64,000 nt of DNA from Candidatus Onthovivens sp. GTDB taxonomy: Bacteria > Bacillota_I > Bacilli_A > RFN20 > CAG-826. A model generated the notes under the pieces. It was given only the letters and a program-made list of their open reading frames with translations, was not told the origin of the DNA and ran no database searches. The DNA lies in NCBI GenBank assembly GCA_048405595.1, contig DBFJOT010000010.1:7578-71577 (forward strand). The letters run 5' to 3'. The position numbers and the translations under genes are program-made. Shown piece by piece: positions 17,732 through 25,575 of this stretch. The stretch's first letter is position 1. Each line of letters starts with the position of its first letter.

Positions 17732-20191
17732 TTAAAAGCGGTCAGACTTTTTCGGCACGCTTTTGTCAGGTTTGTGTTTAAAAAATCTTCTAATTCCTTT
17801 AAATGGATGACCGTTAGCAGCATAGATCAAATCATCCAATTGAGTAGAGTTAATAATGCCATTTGACATCAAGAATAATGATCTAATTGGCTGATTCAAA
17901 ACACCACTATAAATATTATTTGCTTTTACCGCTTTTCCTTTTTTATAAAGCTTATTAACTTTTTTGATCATAAGTTTTACAGCAAAAGAAATAAGTTTAG
18001 ACTTACAGCGACTTAAATCCATTATGAGCGTGTTATAATCGCAAACAATTATGTTCTTATGATTATTATAAACTTTTTTATGCTTATTTATAACAGTATA
18101 AGTTAGAGAATCATAAAAACTTTCATCGCTTAAAATTTTAAACGAGCCATCTTTATAGCATTCTAAATATTTATATTCGTGATTTTTAGAGATTTCATCA
18201 CCGATAAGATCAATTTCTTGTTGATAAATATCTTGTTGAGCGTTTTTAGCAATATGAATTATATATTTTCCATCCTCATTAACGAAAACATCTTTTTCTT
18301 CATCGTAAGTTATAAATGTCCATTCATCAAAAGGGATTACAATAACTTTACTTTCACCAGGAGCTAATTCGTATTTTTTAAATGCTTTCAATTCTCGTGA
18401 TGGTCTTAAATAAGTTGAATTTACTTTTTCAATAAATATTTCAACAACATCTTTACTTGTAATTAAAGATGTATTTGTACTTCTAAAAGAAACACCGTTT
18501 TTATCAACTTTAAAGTCATCATAACTAAAAGTTGCGTAACTTAATCCATACCCAAAAGGATAAAGAACTTTTTTCTTAAATGTTTGGAAATATCTATATC
18601 CTATATATATAGATTCTTTATAAGGGGTATCATTTGTTAAAAAATCTTCTTTAGCGAAAATATTACTATTAGGATAATCGATGTAATCTTTAGCCCAAGT
18701 TTCACTTAATCTTCCACTAGGTGCATTTATTCCAGTTAATGTATTTAAAATTGCACGACTTCCTTCCATTCCGAGTAATGGAGCATAAATTAAACCAACA
18801 AAATCATCTAAAACTTCTTTAAGATGGACAACATTCCCACTTACAAGAACACCGATTAAATCAATATCATATTTTGCAACTTCATGAATAAATTCAATTT
18901 GATTTTTTGGTAAATCAATATTTTTTCTATCGACACCTTCATTTTCATTTATATCATCTAGCCCGAAGAATACAATTGCGTATTTTGGCTTAATTAATTT
19001 AATGTAATTGAGAGTTTCTTTTAAATAATCATGATCTTCTTTAGCGTTTTGATTTACTGTAAATCCATGTAATACTTTTGCGATATTAATACTATATTCT
19101 TTATATATATCATAAACTTGTTTACGGTATTGAGGATTCACCATTCCACTTCCGCCACCTTGAATTCTATTTTTAAAAGCATAAGGTCCAATAATTAAAC
19201 CTTTGTCATCAGCAGAAAGAGGTAAAATATTTCTATTATTTTTTAATAAAACAATACATTCTTCAGCAGCCTTTAAAGAAATTTGAAGGTGGTCTAAATT
19301 ACCGTTATTATTCATTAAAGCCTTATTTGTCTTTAAATCTACGTCTTGAATTCTTTTAAATGAATCCATGATTTGGTTTTTTGATATTTTTTTATCTAAA
19401 TAAGCATCAATAATCTTTTGATCATTGTATCCATTCGATGTAGGCATCTCTAAATCATTAGTTGCTTTAAAAGCTTTTACCCTATCATCGATTGCTCCCC
19501 AATCCGACATTACTAAACCTTTAAATTCATATTCGTTTCTTAATTTATCAATAAGTAAATATCGAGATTCATTAACGTGGAACCCGTTAAATAAATTATA
19601 AGAAGTCATAACACAAGAAGGATTAGCTTCTTTTATGGCCATTTTAAAAGGGAATAAATAAATATCATTCAATGCTTTTGTATCAACGATAACATTAGAA
19701 TTGAATCGATTTGTTTCTTGGTTATTCAAACAAAAATGTTTTAAACAACTTGCAACACCATTTGATTCAATACCTTTAGCGATATTTCCAGCTAATTTTC
19801 CAGTTAAATAAGGGTCTTCACTAAAATATTCAAAGTTCCTTCCGCATAAAGGACTACGTTTTATATTCATTGAAGGACCTAAAACAATATTAACTTTATA
19901 ATATAAAGCTTCTTCACCAATCGCTTTACCTATTTGATAAGCTAACTTTGTATTGAACGAGCAACCTAAAGCTGTTCCACTAGGAAAGACTGTTGCTGGA
20001 TGTCCTTTTTGAAGTCCGAGTTTATTAGCGCTAGTTACTTGTTTACGGATTCCATGACCTCCATCACTTAAATACATACCACTTAATTCAAGATCAAAAG
20101 ATGGGATTGTTTCCCAATAATTTTTTCCACTAAAAGTAGCACATACAAGTTCTATATCTTTATCTAAGTCGATTTTGTGCTTTTCCATCAT
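17732..20191 (-). CDS. GH3 beta-glucosidase paralogue
   Basis: 819 aa. Motifs GGHGIRKQ, KHFCLNNQE and VMSDWG. It has the same C-terminal extension as 15142-17598. Confidence 0.9.
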   Translation of the reverse strand: MMEKHKIDLDKDIELVCATFSGKNYWETIPSFDLELSGMYLSDGGHGIRKQVTSANKLGLQKGHPATVFPSGTALGCSFNTKLAYQIGKAIGEEALYYKVNIVLGPSMNIKRSPLCGRNFEYFSEDPYLTGKLAGNIAKGIESNGVASCLKHFCLNNQETNRFNSNVIVDTKALNDIYLFPFKMAIKEANPSCVMTSYNLFNGFHVNESRYLLIDKLRNEYEFKGLVMSDWGAIDDRVKAFKATNDLEMPTSNGYNDQKIIDAYLDKKISKNQIMDSFKRIQDVDLKTNKALMNNNGNLDHLQISLKAAEECIVLLKNNRNILPLSADDKGLIIGPYAFKNRIQGGGSGMVNPQYRKQVYDIYKEYSINIAKVLHGFTVNQNAKEDHDYLKETLNYIKLIKPKYAIVFFGLDDINENEGVDRKNIDLPKNQIEFIHEVAKYDIDLIGVLVSGNVVHLKEVLDDFVGLIYAPLLGMEGSRAILNTLTGINAPSGRLSETWAKDYIDYPNSNIFAKEDFLTNDTPYKESIYIGYRYFQTFKKKVLYPFGYGLSYATFSYDDFKVDKNGVSFRSTNTSLITSKDVVEIFIEKVNSTYLRPSRELKAFKKYELAPGESKVIVIPFDEWTFITYDEEKDVFVNEDGKYIIHIAKNAQQDIYQQEIDLIGDEISKNHEYKYLECYKDGSFKILSDESFYDSLTYTVINKHKKVYNNHKNIIVCDYNTLIMDLSRCKSKLISFAVKLMIKKVNKLYKKGKAVKANNIYSGVLNQPIRSLFLMSNGIINSTQLDDLIYAANGHPFKGIRRFFKHKPDKSVPKKSDRF

Positions 20192-20339
20192 TAATTTTTC
20201 CTACAATATTAATATTCTAAGTCAAAACAAATTATAAAAAAAGGCAATTTAAGGCAAATTTAATACCTTCTACGCCAAAATATCATGTTTTTAATCAATA
20301 AAAATTGTATGAAATTTAAAAATGTTATAAAATTAAACT

Positions 20340-21077
20340 ATGAGTTCAGCGAATGTAAAAGTAATTGACAGTTACGAAAACGAATATGTTGATGATTTAA
20401 TTTTATCAACACACAGCGGGGAGACTCGCTTCTTAAACTTTATTAAGGAAGGACGCTATGAAGAAATCGAAAAAGATTTCCAAAGCACTAACCTTGATAT
20501 TATTGTCGGAAAAATGTCTAACGACACAATAAGACAACTTCGTTATATGGCGGTTAGTGGTGTTACATTATTTTCTAGAGTCGCGATTGCTGGAGGTATG
20601 TATCAAAAAGAATCATTAAACTTAAGCGACCAATTCATTCAAACCATTGACCAATACCAAAACCCAGACGACATTGTTAAAGCAGTATTTGATGTAATGA
20701 TTAAATATGCTAAAGCCGTTCACGATTCAAAACTCAATAGTGCTACTACTCCTATTGTTTTTAGAGCAGCAAACTTCGTCCACAACAATTTGGATCAAAA
20801 AATCACAAGTGCCATGGTTGCAAAGCAAGTTAATTGCAGCGAACAATACTTAGGAAAACTTTTCAACAAAGAACTAGGTTGTTCAATTTCACAATTTATC
20901 CTTAAAGAAAAAATTGATCGTTCAATTGCCTTAATTAACGAAGGAAAATTAACAATGAACGAAATTTCATATCAACTTTGCTTCTGTTCACAATCTCACT
21001 TCATTCAAAGCTTTAAGAAAGTCACTGGAACGACACCAGCTAAATATTCTTATAAAGTTAGAACAGTAGTTAAATAA
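20340..21077 (+). CDS. AraC-family transcriptional regulator
   Basis: 245 aa. C-terminal double HTH (ISQFILKEKIDRS...SQSHFIQSFKKVTGTTPAKY). Divergent from the GH3 gene. Confidence 0.85.
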   Translation: MSSANVKVIDSYENEYVDDLILSTHSGETRFLNFIKEGRYEEIEKDFQSTNLDIIVGKMSNDTIRQLRYMAVSGVTLFSRVAIAGGMYQKESLNLSDQFIQTIDQYQNPDDIVKAVFDVMIKYAKAVHDSKLNSATTPIVFRAANFVHNNLDQKITSAMVAKQVNCSEQYLGKLFNKELGCSISQFILKEKIDRSIALINEGKLTMNEISYQLCFCSQSHFIQSFKKVTGTTPAKYSYKVRTVVK

Positions 21078-21082
21078 AAAAG

Positions 21083-21107
21083 TCTCACTCATTGGTGAGA
21101 TTTTTTT
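21083..21107 (+). terminator. Bidirectional terminator (AraC gene / nnr)
   Basis: Stem TCTCAC (21083-21088) / GTGAGA (21095-21100) followed by T7. A-rich on the other side. Confidence 0.7.
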
Positions 21108-22617
21108 ATTGTCTTTTCGTTAATTCATTAATTATTTTTATTAAATACGATGAAAGATCTCTAGCAAGTAATGAATATTCGTTAATTTCTTCAACTGCTA
21201 ACTCACTACTTTTGCCTAAAATATAAGCTCCACAAGCTACTCTTTCAACTAATCGGTCTTTTTTTGTTATCAAAGACAAAGTGATTCCACTTAAAACATC
21301 ACCACTTCCGCCTTTTGCAAGTCCAGCGTTGCCATTTTTATTAATAAAAACTTCGTTTCCATCGGTGATAACACTAACATCATTTTTTAAGTTAATTACG
21401 ACATCATATTGTTTAGCAAAATTTTTAGCATGCCCTATATAATCTTTTTTAATTTCTGAAATTTCTAAACCACTTAATCTAGAAAATTCTTTGATATGAG
21501 GAGTTAAAATCACTTCACATTTATGGTTAGATAAAGCATCAATACCAAATCTACTTAATGAATTAAGACCATCGGCATCAATAAGCAAATTGCCAGTATA
21601 GTTTTCTAGTAGATACAAAATAATTTTATAAACTTCAAATGATGTTCCTATTCCCATACCAATAGCTATAGCATCATAATGGAGTATTTTTTTAATCTCT
21701 TCCTCAACAAAAATTACTTGTCCATCATTATCACTTAATGTTGAATAAATGTTTTCATTATTTCTTAAAGCATAAAGTGGATATAAACTTTTTGGTACTA
21801 CAACCATCGTATAGCCAACTCCACCTCTTAAACTAACTAAAGCATTTAACGATAAATTGATTGCTCCAGGAGTAAATTTAGAGCCACCAATTAAAGCGAC
21901 TTTACCATAGGTTCCTTTATTACTATCACGATTTCTTCTACTGAAAATCCACTGAAAATCTACTAATTCATTACTTTTAGCAAAAAACGATGGGTTTTTG
22001 CCACGAATTTGTATGTCCACTACTTTTAATTCATCATAAGCACTAATGCCTTCATTAAAATAATGACCATACTTAAAATTGTTTATAGCAATCGTTAAAT
22101 TAGATTTTATGTAAGCGCCTAAAGAGAAACCTGTTGTCGCATCGATGCCACTATTTACATCTATACTAACTTTAAAAGCATCGATTGAATTAATCGAATT
22201 AATTAAATCTACATATTCATCTTTTAAAGTTTTAGATAATCCGACACCAAGTAAAGCATCTATAATAACTAATTTTTTAGAAGGTAAATCGTCTAAAGAA
22301 TTAATGTATTCTCCTTCATATAAATTTTTATTAATTAATGTTTCTTTCTTATAATGATTTCCAAAAGGCAATACTTTAACATTATATCCTTCATTTAAAA
22401 GTAAGCGTGAGACAACATATCCATCGCCTCCGTTACCACCACTTCCAGCAGCAACAATAATTAAATTATCTTTATTAATATATTTTTTAATAATATCAAA
22501 ACAAGCTTTTCCAGCTCTTTCCATAAGTTCTAAAGAAGGTGTGCCTAAAGAAATTGTATAAGCATCACTTTCTTGCATTTCTTTACTTGATAAAATATAT
22601 TCCATACTATAAATCAA
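21106..22617 (-). CDS. nnr: Bifunctional NAD(P)H-hydrate repair enzyme (epimerase/dehydratase)
   Basis: 503 aa. N-terminal YjeF_N domain (GSGGNGGDGYV) plus a C-terminal carbohydrate-kinase domain (GGSGDVLSG). Confidence 0.85.
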   Translation of the reverse strand: MIYSMEYILSSKEMQESDAYTISLGTPSLELMERAGKACFDIIKKYINKDNLIIVAAGSGGNGGDGYVVSRLLLNEGYNVKVLPFGNHYKKETLINKNLYEGEYINSLDDLPSKKLVIIDALLGVGLSKTLKDEYVDLINSINSIDAFKVSIDVNSGIDATTGFSLGAYIKSNLTIAINNFKYGHYFNEGISAYDELKVVDIQIRGKNPSFFAKSNELVDFQWIFSRRNRDSNKGTYGKVALIGGSKFTPGAINLSLNALVSLRGGVGYTMVVVPKSLYPLYALRNNENIYSTLSDNDGQVIFVEEEIKKILHYDAIAIGMGIGTSFEVYKIILYLLENYTGNLLIDADGLNSLSRFGIDALSNHKCEVILTPHIKEFSRLSGLEISEIKKDYIGHAKNFAKQYDVVINLKNDVSVITDGNEVFINKNGNAGLAKGGSGDVLSGITLSLITKKDRLVERVACGAYILGKSSELAVEEINEYSLLARDLSSYLIKIINELTKRQ

Positions 22618-23371
22618 TATCTAATTCGATAGGACAATGGTCGCTACCATATATTTCATTATGAATAATTGAGTCTTTTACTTTATCTTTAATTCGATCA
22701 CTTACAACAAAATAATCAATTCTCCATCCGGCATTATTTTTTCTAGCATTAAAACGATAACTCCACCAAGAGTATTTAACAGTTTCAGGATATAAATATC
22801 TAAAAGTATCGATGTAGCCTTCATTTAATAAATTAGTAAATGCAGTTCTTTCTTCAATTGTGTAGCCTGCATTATGCTCATTTGTTTTAGGATTCTTAAG
22901 ATCGATTGGATTATGAGCAACATTTAAATCGCCAGCATAGACAATTGGTTTTTTCTTTTCAAGTTCTTTAAAATATAAAATTAAGTCTTTTTCGTATTGC
23001 ATTCTAAAGTCAAGTCGCTTTAATCCATCTCCACTATTAGGAACATAACTCGCAACATAATAAAAATTATCAAACTCTAAAGTGATAACTCTTCCTTCTT
23101 CATCATATTTATTATCTAATAAACCATAATGGACGCTTAAAGGCTTATTTTTAGTAAAAACAGCTACACCACTGTAACCTTTTCTTACATCTGAGTTAGT
23201 ATAATATAGTTCATATCCTTCAGGAATAAATGGAAATTCAAATGCTAAATCAGTAGTAAGTTTAGTCTCGTTTAAAGAAAAAATATCAGCATCTAATCGA
23301 GAAAAATCTTCTTTAAAATCTTTATTTAAAATAGCTCTTAAGCCATTAACATTAAATGATACAATTTTCAT
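22607..23371 (-). CDS. xth: Exodeoxyribonuclease III (AP endonuclease)
   Basis: ExoIII/EEP-family sequence (SFNVNGLRA, LNETK, GDLNVAH, SDHCP). I place the start at ATG 23369-23371 (MKIVSF), which is preceded by GGAG. The ORF-track start at 23383 is a TTG. Confidence 0.9.
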   Translation of the reverse strand: MKIVSFNVNGLRAILNKDFKEDFSRLDADIFSLNETKLTTDLAFEFPFIPEGYELYYTNSDVRKGYSGVAVFTKNKPLSVHYGLLDNKYDEEGRVITLEFDNFYYVASYVPNSGDGLKRLDFRMQYEKDLILYFKELEKKKPIVYAGDLNVAHNPIDLKNPKTNEHNAGYTIEERTAFTNLLNEGYIDTFRYLYPETVKYSWWSYRFNARKNNAGWRIDYFVVSDRIKDKVKDSIIHNEIYGSDHCPIELDIDL

Positions 23372-23787
23372 GGTTATCTCCAATCTATTATCTATTTTAA
23401 TATATCTAATATTTCTATTATACCTAATATTTACTTATAGTTATTAATACTTATATTTTTTACTTAATTCTTGTTATTACCTTATATTAGTAATTTTATA
23501 ATTAATACTTAACGCTTTAGATGCATTCTAGTAAAAATTGGTTACTTTATATTTTTACCAATATTTATATATTTATTATTGTGAAAAGTTTCTATAACAA
23601 TAATAAAATAGTATCGATGACATCAATAAAATATCGTGAAAGTTTTTATTAATGTAATTAATAATTATTTAATTAAACAACTTGTTTATATACTAGAGAT
23701 AGTATGATATAATATTATCAAGTCAAGGAGTTAAAAATATGTTTAATGCTTTGGCTGGGTTGCTCTTAGAAATCAAAAAAATTGTAT

Positions 23788-23871
23788 ATGGAAACATTAG
23801 GATTAATTTTTTTAATCTTGGTAATGATATTGTTGTTGGTGGTTATTCTTAGAGATAAAAAAAGAGACTAG
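23788..23871 (+). CDS. Small hydrophobic peptide (27 aa), type I toxin-like
   Basis: METLGLIFLILVMILLLVVILRDKKRD. This is a single TM helix plus a charged tail. The paralogue in module 2 conserves ME.L.L....ILV. The 3' end is overlapped by a convergent promoter/terminator unit. Confidence 0.45.
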   Translation: METLGLIFLILVMILLLVVILRDKKRD

Positions 23872-23892
23872 CTAGAGCTAGTCCAACAAACC
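23857..23892 (-). ncRNA. Candidate short antisense RNA (antitoxin-like) opposite the 3' end of the peptide ORF
   Basis: Minus-strand promoter: TTGAAA (23927-23922), 17-nt spacer, TATATT (23904-23899). Then hairpin GACTAGCT/AGCTAGTC (23866-23883) followed by U7 on the minus strand. The same promoter architecture recurs in module 2. Confidence 0.35.
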
Positions 23893-23963
23893 AACTACAA
23901 TATACCATCTACATTTTAAGATTTCAAGGGGCAACCCTTTTTTTGTTAAACGGAGATCAAACT

Positions 23964-24140
23964 ATGCCAAGAACAAAAGCAGATAATAGAGCCACAATGA
24001 AATATAATAAGAAAGCATATAGACGCTTTACGTTCTATCTTAGAAATGATGACGACAAAGAAATTATTACTCTTTTAGAAAACAAAGAATCGATAGGCGC
24101 TTATATTAAATCATTGCTTTTAAACGACTTAAAAAATTAG
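23964..24140 (+). CDS. Ribbon-helix-helix (Arc/CopG-like) small DNA-binding protein
   Basis: 58 aa from ATG 23964, with GGAGA 7 nt upstream: MPRTKADNRATMKYNKKAYRRFTFYLRNDDDKEIITLLENKESIGAYIKSLLLNDLKN. The pattern is a basic N-terminal strand followed by two helices. Confidence 0.6.
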   Translation: MPRTKADNRATMKYNKKAYRRFTFYLRNDDDKEIITLLENKESIGAYIKSLLLNDLKN

Positions 24141-24269
24141 TTTTAAGAATATTTAAATTGATTGTTGCAACTCGGTTAACTTATATTCAACTATAATCAG
24201 TCAAAGGAAATAAACCAATGACAAAATTATTAACCGGGTCGTTCTTAGAAATCAAAATCAATTTAATAA

Positions 24270-24350
24270 ATGGAGTATTTAGTACTACTAATTATTATAT
24301 TAGTGACGGTTGAAAAGATTTTCGATAAAGACGAAAACAAAAAGGGCTAG
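24270..24350 (+). CDS. Small hydrophobic peptide paralogue (26 aa)
   Basis: MEYLVLLIIILVTVEKIFDKDENKKG. Same position in module 2. Convergent minus-strand promoter: TTGAAT (24404-24399), 17-nt spacer, TATATT (24381-24376). Confidence 0.35.
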   Translation: MEYLVLLIIILVTVEKIFDKDENKKG

Positions 24351-24439
24351 TACAACCAGCACAAATAAACACACTAATATATTAAATTAAACTATGTAAT
24401 TCAAGAAGCAACCCTTCTAATAAAAAAGGATATAAGAAT

Positions 24440-24664
24440 ATATCAACATCAGAAGCACAAAAGCGAGCAAGTTCAAAATACGATAAGAAAACTTACAAAA
24501 TGTATGCGGTAAAGTTGCGAATTATCGAAGATGCGGACTTAATAGAATTGCTAGAAAAAGACACATTCAAAAAAAATTTCAATAAAAGCATACAGAAAAT
24601 AAAAAAGTCCCAATGTATTACCTCAAATGACTTTGCATGGTCTTCATCATTCGTTCACAACTAG
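24440..24664 (+). pseudogene. Second RHH gene copy with ATA at the start-codon position and a 3' end fused into integrase debris
   Basis: ISTSEAQKRASSKYDKKTYKMYAVKLRIIEDADLIELLEK aligns with MPRTKADNRATMKYNKKAYRRFTFYLRNDDDKEIITLLEN. The RBS AAGGA is retained, but the aligned start codon is ATA. Confidence 0.4.
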
Positions 24665-24797
24665 AACGTTTGATAACGATTATAACGTCAAAGAAGTCTA
24701 TCAACATCTAGGTATTTTAAACACGAACACAACAATGAGATTTTATATCCTTTGCACGCAAAATAAAAAAGATAACTCCCACGATGATTTACTCTAG
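24603..24797 (+). pseudogene. Tyrosine recombinase (phage integrase) C-terminal fragment
   Basis: Open frame of only about 64 codons: ..LPQMTLHGLHHSFTTRTFDNDYNVKEVYQHLGILNTNTTMRFYILC.. This matches the HxLRH...LGH...Y catalytic tail, but with R-to-H and H-to-I substitutions and no N-terminal part. Confidence 0.6.
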
Positions 24798-24953
24798 AAC
24801 ATAGTGTAAAAACTTTGTGGGAATTACCTGGAATTAGTGTCTATTTGTGTGAGTTGTGAGGTGTTAGAAAATACGATAAAATGCGTATTTTTGCCAATTA
24901 GTGTTTAATATAAACTCTTTTAATATATAACGAATATTATTAAATAAATGTTC

Positions 24954-24978
24954 AAAAAAAGATTGCCACAAGGCAATC
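24954..24978 (-). terminator. Intrinsic terminator of the zinc-ribbon gene
   Basis: Stem GATTGCC/GGCAATC (24961-24967 / 24972-24978) with a 4-nt loop. U7 on the minus strand (A-run 24954-24960). Confidence 0.75.
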
Positions 24979-24987
24979 TTAGACGCT

Positions 24988-25428
24988 CTATCTATAAAAT
25001 AAGAATAAAGCTAAAACTATTAATAAGAATAAAATTGAAATCAGAGAAATTGCAAATCCAGCAAAAGCAAACGGTCCACCTTTTTTAACATTATGCTTAG
25101 TGTGTTTTAATCCAACGATTGAAGTAATCAATCCAGCGATACTAAAAGCAAATCCAAATGCAGCAAAAATCTCTATTCTAACAAATACAAATGAGTCAAA
25201 TAAAACTGCAAATAAAGAGATTATAAAAGATAGCCAAGAAGCCATTGAGGTTCTATTGGTCTTTGTCTTTTTAACTTTATTCTTTTTTATCTCTTTAATA
25301 TCGAGCATTGTTGTAAAAGAAGTTGTTTCTTTACGTTGATCTGCTCCACAATAAGGACAAAATGAATGTCTATCTGGTATTTCTCTTCCGCATTTTCTAC
25401 AAAACATACAGTGACAAAATTTTACCAT
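24988..25428 (-). CDS. Zinc-ribbon membrane protein
   Basis: N-terminal CRKCGREIPDRHSFCPYCG zinc ribbon followed by 3-4 TM helices. The start is uncertain: ATG 25428, ATG 25407, or the TTG 25464 used by the ORF track. Confidence 0.6.
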   Translation of the reverse strand: MVKFCHCMFCRKCGREIPDRHSFCPYCGADQRKETTSFTTMLDIKEIKKNKVKKTKTNRTSMASWLSFIISLFAVLFDSFVFVRIEIFAAFGFAFSIAGLITSIVGLKHTKHNVKKGGPFAFAGFAISLISILFLLIVLALFLFYR

Positions 25429-25528
25429 ATATTGCAAACAGTACAAAAGAAATACTATTTGCAATATTCTTTTATTGAATGATTTATTAATTTGTTCATT
25501 TATAACGCAGAAAGTAATGTAAATAAAT

Positions 25529-25554
25529 GCAAAAACCCAGCCGAAGCTGGGTTT
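25529..25554 (-). terminator. Intrinsic terminator of the PFOR gene
   Basis: Stem AAACCCAGC/GCTGGGTTT (25533-25541 / 25546-25554) with a CGAA loop. Confidence 0.65.
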
Positions 25555-25575
25555 AAGTAATTATTTTGTTAAAGA

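Larger units (their letters stand above)
23680..24800. mobile_element. Decayed integrative-element remnant: two tandem paralogous modules plus an integrase C-terminal fragment
   Basis: Module 1 (about 23705-24140) and module 2 (about 24192-24600) share order and sequence: TATAAT, then AGTCAA(A)GGA leader, then GGGT(T/C)G(C/T)TCTTAGAAATCAAAA, then small hydrophobic ORF, then RHH ORF. Module 2 runs into a tyrosine-recombinase C-terminus. Confidence 0.6.

Noticed and set aside
23739-23852. SD-preceded 37-codon ORF (MFNALAGLLLEIKK...) and its module-2 counterpart 24218-24313 (MTKLLTGSFLEIK...).
   Set aside because: These are not annotated as genes. Similarity between the two copies is confined to the segment where the DNA itself is conserved (LEIK) and collapses afterwards. 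The overlapping +1-frame hydrophobic peptides, by contrast, stay similar in character. The upstream ORFs may still be translated as leader or coupling ORFs, so they are kept as an open point under the type I TA finding.
24833-24875. TTTGTGTGAGTTGTGAGGTGTTAG after the integrase stub, loosely resembling the TTTTGTGTTAGTGA motif of the repeated element.
   Set aside because: Only short GT-rich similarity. No TTGAAA lies at the 17-nt spacing, and none of the other conserved blocks are present.
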